A DNA stretch of 64,000 nt, from assembly GCF_964194155.1 (NCBI RefSeq), contig NC_135899.1, positions 35,154,001-35,218,000 on the forward strand, read 5' to 3'. The notes under the pieces were generated by a model. The model worked only from the letters and a program-made list of their open reading frames with translations. It was not told where the DNA came from and did no database searches. This stretch comes from Cetorhinus maximus (taxonomy: Eukaryota). Both the position numbers and the translations under genes were made by a program. The first letter of the stretch is position 1. Every line of letters starts with the position of its first letter. This document shows positions 1 to 10,352 of this stretch, piece after piece.

Positions 1-1385
1 GAGAAGAAAATTCTCCTCATCTGTCTTAACTGGGTGACCCCTTATTTTAGACAGTGAGCCCTATTTCTAGATTCTCCCACAAGAGGAAACATCCTCACCA
101 CATCCACCCTGTCAAGACCCCTCAGTAACTTATATGTTTCAATCAAGTCACCTCTTACTCTTCTAAACTCCAGCGCATACAAGCCTAGCTTGTCCAACCT
201 TTTCTCATAAGACAAGCTGCCCAATCGAGGTATTAGTCTGGAAACATTCTCTAAATAGCTTCCAATGCATTTACATCTCCCCCTTAAATAAAGGGACCAA
301 TGCTGCACACAGTACTCCAGATGTGGTCTCACCAATGCCCTGTGTAACTGAAGCATAATCTCCCTACTTTTATATTCAATTCCCCTCACAATAAATGATA
401 ACATTCTGTTCGCTTTCCTAATTACTTGCTTTAATTGCATACTAACCTTTTGTGATTCATGCACGAGGGCACTGAGATCCCTCTATATCTCAGATCTCTG
501 TAATCTCTCGCCATTTAGATTATATGCTTCCTTTTTATTCTTCCTGCCAAAATGGACAAATTCATGTTTTACCACATTGTACTCCATTTGCCAGATCTTT
601 GCCCACTCACTTAACTTATCTATGTCCCTTTGTACCTTCCTTATGCCCTCTTCACAACTTAACTTTCCTAGCTACCTTTGTATCATCAGCAAATTTAGCA
701 ACCATACCTTTGGTCCCTTCATCCAAGTGATTTCTACAAATTGTAAAAAGTTGAGGCCCCAGCATTGATCCCTGTAGCACACCACTTGTTATATCTTGCC
801 AACCAGAAAATGACTCATTTATGCCTACTCTCTGATTTCTGTTAGTTAGCCAACCTTCTATCCATGCCAATGTTACACACGACACCATGAGCTTTTATTT
901 TCTGCAATACCCTTTGATGTGGCACCTTATCAAATGCCTTCTGGAAATCTAAGTACAGGACATTCACCAGTTCCCCTTTATCCACAGCACATTACTTCTT
1001 TAAAGAACTTCAATAAATTGGTTAAACATGATTTCCCTTTCACAAAACCATGTTGACTCTTCCTGATGACCTTGAATTTTTCTAAGTGCCCTGCTATAAT
1101 AATAGTTCATAACATTTTTCCGATGACAGATATTAAGCTAACTGGCCTGTAGTTTCTGCTTTCTGTCTCCCTTTTTGAATAAAGGAGTTACATTCGTTAT
1201 TTTCCAATCTAATGGAACCTTCCCGAATGTAGTTTAATTTTGTAGTTTTAATTTTGGAAAATTAAAACCAATGCATCAACCATCTCACTAGCCACTTTTA
1301 AGACTTTAGGATGAAGTCCATCAGGATACGGGGACTTGTCAGCCGGCAGCTCCAACAATTGGCTCAGTACCACTTCCCTGGTGAT
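1..1385 (-). mobile_element. CR1 LINE ORF2 (RT and C-terminus) fragment, degenerate
   Basis: Minus ORFs 652-888 (GVLQGSMLGPQLF, KFADDTK) and 42-464 ([25 protein letters not shown]) are CR1 RT/C-terminal motifs. Resembles the plus-strand CR1 at 24150-25670. Confidence 0.92.
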
Positions 1386-1731
1386 CAGGAACTTCCCTCA
1401 AACCCACCCCATACCCAGTCCATGCAGGGAGGGAACTGCAGCCTGAAGGTGCATCCTTCGGTGCTCCTTGACGCACTGAGTTTGAACTAGTAAGCAGCCA
1501 TTCCTACCCTGCTCTGCTGCCAGTTATAGGTTATAACCCAATCTCCCTTTACAATGCATCCGCCCCCTCACTGGGAGACTGCTTCACAGTGAGGGTCAGT
1601 AGGATAGCGAACCATGAGGGGAATCACGCTGCTCCGACTGAACGCCTGCTCACTTTCCAATGTTTCACATAACAACAATAGACAGCAACAACTTGCATTT
1701 AGATGGCACCTTTAACATTGTCTAATGTCCC

Positions 1732-2189
1732 TGTGGTGGCCTAGACAACTATAGGGAGCCCACTCAGTATTGAAAGGGTTAACAGGGAAATTGAATTAAA
1801 AGCTTAGGCCTAAGAGAAAAATACTGCAACCTTGAAGAACAATAGCATCTTGTCTGACCACTATAGCAGGATGGGCCTTGAGACATTCCATGTATCTCTC
1901 TCTTGGGCTGAATGTAATCAAAGTTGTGATAATCAAATTATAAACAACTGCACTTGTAGTGTCGGAATGGAAATTTACTGGAACATGGATTGGTCAGTTA
2001 ATTTATGCAAATAAGTGGATTGCGATGTGCAAAATTTACTGATTAGTTGTAAAATGCTTTTAAGCAAGTGTTTGTGTATTCTGCTTGCAGACAGTACAAT
2101 AACTCTCGCTGTATTGGTCTCTCTCGTGCACAAGTAATAAATGGGGTTTCTACGACGAAATGATGCCTCGGTGTGATTAATCTCCAACG
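1732..2189 (+). mobile_element. Solo LTR
   Basis: Starts TGTGG, ends CCAACG (CA>CG), flanked by TCCC duplication (1728-1731/2190-2193), internal AATAAA. Paralogous sequence at ~34700-34770 (reverse) is uninterrupted. Confidence 0.6.
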
Positions 2190-2234
2190 TCCCAAGGTGC
2201 TTTGCAAGAGCGTAAACAAAATTTCGGAGCTTGC

Positions 2235-2362
2235 TGGCACATTGGCCGCCAGGCGTCCTACATTACAATGGTGACCACACTTCAAAAGTACTTCATTGGC
2301 TGTAAAACATTTTGGGACATCTGGTGGTCATGAAACGCTCTATATAAATGCAGGTCTTTTTT
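2235..2362 (+). repeat. DeuSINE/SacSINE1-like SINE 3' tail
   Basis: cctacattacaa...cttcaaaagtacttcattggctgtaaa...tatataaatgcaggtc, the reverse complement of the tails at ~9080-9240, 22710-22900 and 33525-33700. Confidence 0.7.
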
Positions 2363-2399
2363 CTTTTCTGAGGAGGTTACAGAAATAAGGTGGTGGGAG

Positions 2400-3230
2400 G
2401 TCTTAGAGTGATTTGAAAAAACAGGAAACATCCAGATCCCAACACACACACAGAACTCAACGATAGGAAATCAGTAAGAATCCTCAGACACTCTGCACCT
2501 CCCAGATAATTACACCTCACCTTCTCATATTCAGTAATGACTCATCAACAAAACACAGCCTGTAAATCAGAAGGGAAATGCTTCCAATAAACACACTCAA
2601 TATCCAACACACAGCTCCAGTCAAACAGGTCAGTACAAAGCACTGAGTAAACAGCTCTCTCAGCTGGAACTTCTCACACAGCATAAGAGGCATTTCCACA
2701 GCTGATTCCCCACAGGATAGTCAGGCTGCCTGAAGATTAGTGTGGTTATTATGTGATGTAATTATTATAAATTCTGTTCTTTCACTCACCATCTCCTCAC
2801 TTGGTTTTCAGTTTCTACAGGAAGTGAAGCAGGAAGAGGAAGAGAAGAGAATGGGCAGAGTGGGTGGGGCTCTCTGATTGACGTCTCTCACAGCCAATCC
2901 AAATATTTCTGGAGTAACCTGAGTTTCCTGAAGCTTGGGAAACTGACCGGTGAAATGGAGGCGACTTTGAGCAGCAGATCAGGTGGGGATTTAAACTTGT
3001 CATTATCCCATCTGAATAAAACCTCACTTATTGCAGCTGCTGTCTCAGTTCCCCTGGTAAATGTTTGACAGAGATTTCTAGTATGAGAATAGCATTCTTC
3101 ATCCTCAGAGGCTTTTAAACTGACAACATCAGTGTGGGATGTGTAGCCTTGGATGTGTTTGACAGCAGATCAGAAGAGGAAGAGCCACAGCATCCAAGAC
3201 AGCGATAATGTGCAGCACATGCACAGGAGA
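2400..3230 (-). promoter_or_regulatory. ZNF cassette promoter with exons 1 and 2 (copy P1, inverted)
   Basis: Reverse-complement copy of the block at 21850, 32600 and 45940. CCAAT 2894-2898, GACGTCA, CACCC, ETS CTTCCTG. Exon 1 ends ATG(2792-2790)|gtgagt; exon 2 is 2559-2521 with tttacag/gtgagg boundaries. Confidence 0.7.
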
Positions 3231-3562
3231 GAGGGGCACGGAAGAGAAGGAAGGTAACAGAAAAGAGAGAGAGAGAGACAGGAGAAAGGGACACGGGAGG
3301 GAGGGGCATAAGAGAGCAGGACAGAAGGAAGAGGGATAAAGAGGGAGAGCAGAGATTGAGTTTGTGGCTTGGGAAATGACGCTGTGCTCCACTCTGTGAC
3401 TGCAGGAGTGTCTTTGGGAATGGTCCCTCGCCCCTCACCAGACCTCTCTGCCAGCCTTTTGCTGGAATCTCAATTAACACATGAGGAAGAAAGGAACAGA
3501 AGGATATGCTGATAGGGTGAGACGAAGAGGGGTGAGAGGAGGCTCATGTGAAGCCTAAAGAC

Positions 3563-5268
3563 TGTCACGACTCAGTGGGGATAGCACACTGTAATGTCAA
3601 GCCCCACTGCTCTCCGAGCCATGACAAATGTGAGAAAGTTTATTCAGACCACCAAATTGCCCCAATTTTACCTAACTATGAATTTAATTTAACTTAGATT
3701 AACAGAATACCAGCACCACGTTTGTAAACTGAACAAGTAAATAACTGTTAAACAAATTGTTTTTAACTAATGACAAAAGAAATATGAAATGCTAACTCTT
3801 AACTCTATAACTTAATCTACCCCTTTTTAACCCCCATACACAAACACAAACACACACAAGACACACAAAACAAGGATTTTAAGGGTGAGGTAAAAACAGT
3901 TTGATAGCACTAATCCGGAGTACAGGGTTAGATGAGTTGATTTTGCTTGAAAACTTCCAAGTTCCTTGCAGACTTGTACTGCTAACACGAGGGGATCTTT
4001 CAGCACTTCCAGTCTGTAGTTTACTCATTGAAAACCTGCTTTTAATGTCTCTACTCGTGATTTCTCCCCTTTTCTCTTGACTGGGGTTTCTAAACAAAAA
4101 AGCAGGATCTGGAGATGTGAGGAATAGCCAGCTAATTACTATGGCAGAATTACTGGAGTTTTACCAAAAACCCAGGAGAGCGAGGTTTTAGGTCTTTCCT
4201 CTTGGCAGGGTAGGAGCTGATCCCCGGGCCACTGCTATCACAAAACCCTGGTCACCTGGTCAGCAGCCAATCAGATACCGCTCTTTCTTAAACCATGTCC
4301 TTTCCAGCAGCATCGTCCAACCTGGCACATGCTGTTCCAAGAAGTAGCAACATTGTAGATTTTCTCTTCCTGCTTCAGGGAACATGTTTTTTTTTAAAGT
4401 GCAGCCACTGTAGGTTTTCAAAGCCACAGTCCAACTTTAAAGTCACAATCCAAGAAAAATAAAAAAAACTTCTTTACATGCCTCCACCCTTAAAAAGATG
4501 AAACGCCATTTAAAAAAAATGTTTCATTACAAGGTATGTGACATGGACGACAAACATGAGACTTACGCTCATTCATTCATCCTTTCCCCTTATACAATGT
4601 TAAGAATTATCTGATTTCAGTAATTTACACCCAGGACAATGCATCCGCAATTACATTATCTTTCTCGGCAATGAGAACAATCTTTACCTTGAATGGTTGA
4701 AACATTAAACCCCATCTAAACAGTCTCATATTTCGAGTTTTAAACTTTTCAGTAAACGCCGGCGGATTATGGTCAGTGTAGATTAATGTTTCTTTATTAT
4801 TATTTTGGACATAAACTTCAAAGTGTTGAAGAGACAACAACAGTGCTAGAGTTTCTTTCTCTGTGGTAGAGTACTTCCCCTGATATTGGTTTAGTTTCTC
4901 TGAAAAGTACCCCACCGGCCTTTCTATTCCTAATTGGTCGTCTTGTAATAGAATTGCTCCTTCCCCCAAGTCACTAGCGTCAACCGCCATTTTAAAAGGT
5001 TTGGTTTTATGGATCAGCTCATAATCGTCAGCCATTACTGTCTAGCAGTTGCAACCCTTTGGTCTTCCACATGGGTTCCTATTACAGAAGGTTTTAAATT
5101 CTCCTTGGAGAACTAGGACTCTGGGGTATTCCTTCCAGTTTCAAATGCTGTGCCATCTCTTCAATTATCTTTGCCTTCCTAGCTTTGGAAGGCACTCCTA
5201 CTCTTAGTTTACTTGCCAATTCGATTAACCTGGCTTTTGGGATCCCTTGTAAGAAGGATGACTCCTTG
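3563..5268 (-). mobile_element. Gmr1-like Gypsy LTR retrotransposon, internally deleted (gag N-terminus, RNase H, PPT, 3' LTR)
   Basis: ORF 4625-5035 is RNase H (AVDASD, YSTTEKETLA, YTDHNP, NVIADALS), followed directly by a PPT (rc gggtggaggca) and LTR 3563-4478 ending GTCGTGACA. RNase H is therefore last in pol, as in Gmr1. ORF 5094-5291 resembles the gag N-terminus at 39000-39190. Confidence 0.8.
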
Positions 5269-5802
5269 TAAGGAGTCAACCCCTTCAGCAAAAGAGGAGA
5301 GGGTGTTGGAGGAAATCATGTCTTCTTTTCTTAATTTACAGAAGGATTGCACCGTACTACACCAGAGAATAAAGAGAGGATCGACACTGCAAATAGATCC
5401 TGAACATCACCCAAGGAACAACTGCACAACTTCACAGCATTGCTCAACACAGAGAAGGTTGGGCTGTGAAACCATCATTTGGAAATTGGTCGGGTCAGGG
5501 GAGCTTTGACATATCATCAGATCTGAAACTGGTCAGTGGTGTGGAGCCTTCCATCAAAACCAACTTTACTGAAGGTTCGGCTGTTGGCAATTGGTCAGGG
5601 TGAGGCTGGGAAGAGGTGTGAGTGGGTTTCAAGTGTGGTGAGAGCTTCAATTATTCATCAAGCCTCATGGACAACTGACTCATTCCTACAGGTGAGAGGC
5701 TGTTCAAGTGTGAGGTGTGTGAGGAGGGCTCCACAGGCTCATAAGATTTCCTCATACATAAAGTACATCTGTTGTACCACCTGTAACACTAGGGTTAGCT
5801 AC

Positions 5803-6666
5803 ATGGCAGAGAAACCATTCAAGTGTGAGATGTGCGACCGAGCCTTCGCCCAATCATCGACGCTCGTGAATCACCGACACATTCACACTGGGGAGAAACC
5901 ATTCACGTGCGAGATGTGTAACAGAGGCTTTGCACAATCTTCGGCCCTGGTGAAACACCGTCGCATTCACACAGGAGAGAAACCATTCACATGCAAGTTG
6001 TGCAACAAATCATTCTCGGTGTCATCGAACCTCCGCACACATCAACGCATTCACATGGGGGAAAGGGTATTCAAGTGTGAGGTTTGCAATAAAGCTTTTG
6101 TGAAGTCTACAAGCCTCCTCATACACCAAAGAATTCACACAGGCGAGAAACCCTTCAAGTGTGAAGTTTGTGAGAAGGCTTTTACCTGCTCCTCTGATCT
6201 CCTGATACATCAGAGGATTCACACAGGAGAGAAACCCTTCAAATGTGAGGTGTGCGAACGAGCCTTCACACAGTCATCGACACTCCTGAAGCACCAACGC
6301 ATCCACACTGGGGAGAAGCCATTCAAGTGTGAGGTGTGTGGCCAAGCCTTTTTGAAGTCTGGGAACCTCCGCGTACACCAACGCATGCACACTGGGGAGA
6401 AACCGTTCAAGTGTGAGGTTTGTAACAGGGGCTTTGCACAGTCATCAACCCTGGTGAGTCACTGGCGCATTCACACAGGGGAGAAACCATTCACTTGTGA
6501 GGTGTGCAACAAATCATTCTCCAGGTCATCAACCTTCCGCGTACACCAACGCATTCACACCGGGGAGAAACCATTCACATGCGATGTGTGCAACAAATCC
6601 TTCTCGAGCTCATCGAAGCTCCTGCTACATCAGAGGATTCACATGAGAGAAACTGTTCAAGTGTGA
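5803..6666 (+). CDS. C2H2 zinc-finger protein, 10 tandem fingers, no effector domain (ZNF-1, 287 aa)
   Basis: 10 CxxC-12-HxxxH fingers with TGEKP linkers. ATG in agctacATGg context shared with paralogs. Splice acceptor tttacag at 5341. Ends by frameshift into a decayed finger. Confidence 0.85.
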   Translation: MAEKPFKCEMCDRAFAQSSTLVNHRHIHTGEKPFTCEMCNRGFAQSSALVKHRRIHTGEKPFTCKLCNKSFSVSSNLRTHQRIHMGERVFKCEVCNKAFVKSTSLLIHQRIHTGEKPFKCEVCEKAFTCSSDLLIHQRIHTGEKPFKCEVCERAFTQSSTLLKHQRIHTGEKPFKCEVCGQAFLKSGNLRVHQRMHTGEKPFKCEVCNRGFAQSSTLVSHWRIHTGEKPFTCEVCNKSFSRSSTFRVHQRIHTGEKPFTCDVCNKSFSSSSKLLLHQRIHMRETVQV

Positions 6667-7040
6667 GGTGTGTGACAAGGCATTCACACAGCGCATCTCC
6701 TTGTCCATCAACACACTCACACAGGGAGAAGGAAGTGATCTTTGTGATAGAGAGGGTATGGGTTCAGAAGCTCATCTGGAGGTTGAATAGAACAAATATT
6801 GTTGGAGATGAGATTGGAGGGGGAACGTAGAGGAGTTTAAGGAATGTAGGAACTGGAGTAATCCCTCAAGCCTTTTACACCGTCAGGTAGATCGTGGCTG
6901 ATCTGTATTTAAACTCTGTCTACTTGACTTGGCTCTGTCACCCTGAACCTTCTCAAATAAAATTCTATCAATCACAGTTTAAAAATTTTCAATTGACTCT
7001 CAGACTCAAATTTTTCTGAGGAGCTCCAGATTCCCACTAC

Positions 7041-8474
7041 TGTTACAGTGCATAGGTATGATATTACAAATTTTTAGAATACCTGTTTTGAAAGACGCAT
7101 TTTGTAAACCTTTGTAAAACTGTTTCCAAATTAGACTCCAAGTGTCATGTGACCCCAAGTGTCATGTGACTTTCCCCTTGTGGACTCGAGCTGGAACTCC
7201 TTCAGCCAGACAAAGAGGAGACATCCTCAGACACATACATTTACATAGATAAAAACAAAAAACTACTGCGGATGATTTACAATTCAATGAGTGTTCCAAA
7301 AGGGTAAGCAGAAATTCATTAACTCAATACAAAAACAAAAATACCTGGAAAAACTCAGCAGGTCTGACAGCATCTGCGGAGAGGAACACAGCTAACACTT
7401 CGAGTCCGTATGACTCTTCAACAGAATTGAAGAGTCATACGGACTCGAAGCGTTAACTGTGTTCCTCTCCGTGGATGCTGTCAGACCTGCTGAGTTTTTC
7501 CAGGTATTTTTGTTTTTGTTTTGGATTTCCAGCATCCGCAGTTTTTTGCTTTTATTTCATTAACTCAATGGCTTTTCCTCCAAATACAAAGACACTGAAA
7601 AGCCACTGTAAAGTGTGAACAACCTTGGCCCTTTGACCACTACAGTGGGTAAGGAGACTTCAGATAACTGCAATGGAATTACCTTGTGCCTTTTTGGACT
7701 GGGCTTTCTTGTACAGGTCACATGATAATGAGGACCATCTTGTCTTATCTGCAAAAAGCATTGAAAAGGGCAGAAAAAGGTAGATCCACAGAGAACCATC
7801 TTGAAGAAGCTTCAACCCAGGGAGAAACAGAGAAAGGTATCTGCTGTAAAGTAACTAGGCAACTAAATGTGCCACAACAGCAGAACAGAAGTAAGGAACC
7901 TTCTCTCCTTCCTGTAACTCAGATTTCATCTAGAAATCTCATGAGGATCAAAGGTTACAGAGAGAAGGCAGGAGAATAGGGTTGAGAAACTGATCAGCCA
8001 TGATTGAATGGCAGAGCAGACTCGATGGGCCGAATGGCCTAATTTCTGCTCCTATGTCTTATGGTCTTATCTCACCTGTTAAAGTCACCTTGGACAATTC
8101 AACAGTAGAAGCCATCACAGCTGCAGAGACAACTCTACAATCCCAAGACCTTTATTTCTGACAATGCAACATCTCAACTTCAAAACCTATCAGGCCTGCA
8201 CCGAATGTAGACTGAACTGATCCAATTTTTTATAAGTATTGTTTTATCTTAATCTGTAATTAATCTTTGTGTGTATGTGGAAGTAGTATCATTTTCCCTT
8301 AAGGAACTTCAAGAGCAAGTGTGTTGAAATAAACTAACCTTTCCTTTTCATGTACAAAAGGCTGGGTTATTGTAAATTGACTTTCTCACTCCAAGGGTAA
8401 GAAATACACTCTCACATAGAAATATATTGTTCATGAGCAACTTTGGGGAAACACCTTTTAAAGCGTCTGTGATA
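7041..8474 (+). mobile_element. Probable solo LTR carrying nested Penelope hairpin and CR1 3' end
   Basis: Begins TGTTACAG, ends GTCTGTGATA, flanks ctac/cttc, AATAAA near 3' end. Sequence after it resumes in the block shared with 30995. Confidence 0.5.
7329..7555. mobile_element. Penelope-derived fold-back mini-element
   Basis: 93-bp inverted arms (7329-7421/7427-7519) with a 5-nt loop. Perfect 14-bp TSD ttcattaactcaat (7315-7328/7556-7569). Same terminal sequence as the GIY-YIG-bearing element at 49548. Confidence 0.85.
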
Positions 8475-9060
8475 CTTCTGTCTGTAGTATTCTGAGAGAG
8501 TTTCCCCTGATTTGAGTGATTGTATGTTAGTAAAGTGAGCCAGCTCTCAGCAATAGGTATGGGGTAGAATCAGACCCTGCTTTAGTTGGTGATGTGAATT
8601 ATAGACAGATCCTCTTCAGGTGACGGCTGTTTGACTAATACCGTGGGTAATGTTTGTACTCTCCTGTCTGGGAGGACTACTATCCTGAGTATGGTGAGGG
8701 AGTGGGGGTGAGTCTCTACATACCTGAGTTCCCTCAGCCCATCATGCCTCGATGTAATAATGGTGTGATATATTCACCTTACATTCTTCCAAGATTCATT
8801 TCATGTTCTGGGAAAGACCTCAAGTCATTTTCAAATGTTTTGTTAATTTGGTTGATTCAAAGTTTGGTGTGAACTGAATATTATGTTGTTTGTCTGTTGT
8901 TTTATCAATCTACTGTATAGATTTATAACTCACAATAAATTCATTTTTTAGATTAATTCTAACTACCTGATTTGTCAGTATGGTGTGTTCCTGTTCATTG
9001 AAACACTCAGGAGCCTACAGTAAGAGTCCTGTGCACAATATATTGGTCAATGTCACTGAT
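8475..9060 (+). other. Duplicated 3' terminal block of ZNF cassette with poly(A) signal
   Basis: Highly similar to 30995-31585. AATAAA at 8934-8939 aligns with AATAAA at 31459-31464. Confidence 0.55.
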
Positions 9061-9074
9061 TTCCCTAAGAAAGA

Positions 9075-9510
9075 AAAAATCCAGTTTTATATCAATTTCA
9101 TGAACACAAGACATCCAAAAGCACTTTAGAGCCAATGAAGAGCTTTTTGGAGTGTAGTCACTGTTGTAATGTAGGAAATACTGCAGCCAATTTGTGCAGA
9201 GCAAGCTTCCACAAACAGCAATGTGATAATGATCAGATTAATTTGTTTACATGACATTGATTGTGGGATTATTGATCAGGATATCAGAGATAACCCCCCT
9301 GCTATTCTATGACATAGTGTCATGGGATCTTTTACATTCACCTGAGAGGGCAAATGGTTTAACTCATCTGCAAGATGGTACCTCTGACAGTGCAGCACTC
9401 CCTCAGTACTGCACTGGAGTGTCAGCCTCAGTGCTCAAGGCTCTGCAGTGAGACTTGAACCCTCAACCTTCTGACTCAGAGAGAAGAGTGCTAACTGAGC
9501 CGTGGCTGAC
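9075..9510 (-). repeat. DeuSINE/SacSINE1-like tRNA-derived SINE
   Basis: rc tRNA-like head (ggctcagttagcactc...gggttcaagtc), Deu-domain-like core (cagtactgagggagtgctgcactgtcagaggt) and shared tail. Confidence 0.75.
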
Positions 9511-9568
9511 AATGACTTATGACATTTCTGCTGTATTAAATTCAGTTCCTAAGGGGTTAAGTCTCAAG

Positions 9569-10228
9569 CAAGTAGTTAGGAAAGCTAATAGAATGTTATC
9601 ATTTATTGTGAGGGGAATTGAATACAAAAGTAGGTTATGCTTCAGTTGTACAGGGCACTAGTGAGACCACATCTGGAGTACTGTGTACAGTTATTGGTCA
9701 CCTTATTTAAGGAAGGATGTAAATGCGTTGGAAGCAGTTCAGAGAATGTTTACTAGACTGATACCTGGAATGGGCAAGTTGTCTTATGATGAAAGGCTAG
9801 ACAGGCTAGGCTTGTATCCGCTGGAGTTTAGAAGATTAAGAGGCATTTTGATTGAAACATAGAAGATCCTGAGGGGTCTTGACAGGGTGGATGTGGAGAG
9901 GATGTTTCCTCTTGTGGGGGAATCTAGAACTAGGTGTCACTGTTTAAACATAAGGGTTCGCCCATTTAAAACGGAGATGTGGCGAAATTTTTTCTCAGAA
10001 TCGTGAGCCTTTGGAAATCTCTTCCTGAAAAGGTGGTGGAAGTAGAGTCTTTAAATATTTTTAGGGCAGAGGTGGATAGAATCTTGGTAAGCAAGAAGGT
10101 GATACGTTATTGGGGGCAGACGGGATGAAGATTTCAGGTTACCACCAGATCAGCCATGATCTCATTAAATGGTGGAGCAGGCTCGAGGGGCTGAATGGCC
10201 CACTCCTGCTCCTTGCTCATATGTTTAT
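9569..10228 (+). mobile_element. 5'-truncated CR1 LINE
   Basis: CR1 C-terminal coding (RKANRMLSFIVRGIEYKS) and 3' UTR (gatcagccatgat...gaatggcc.actcctgctcc). Absent from paralog at 43890-43920. Confidence 0.88.
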
Positions 10229-10352
10229 GACTGTGTACACAATGCTTTTCCCCTGTAAATTGGCAGCCTGCGAGTTTGATTTGATATAAAGTGATAACTA
10301 GTTAGAGCTGCAGGTGTCAGTGTTGTCTTTGTGTCTGGGTTCCTGAAGCTGT

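Noticed and set aside
5685-5696. cctacag|gtgag recursive-splice-like motif in all leaders
   Set aside because: Simply the codons of a decayed T-G-E linker; no independent support.
5536-5802. 89-aa N-terminal extension of ZNF-1
   Set aside because: Starts at GTG, is closed by stops in the paralogs, and has no recognisable domain.
7138-7171. 17-bp direct repeat with TCATGTGA E-box
   Set aside because: Ordinary small duplication within an LTR.
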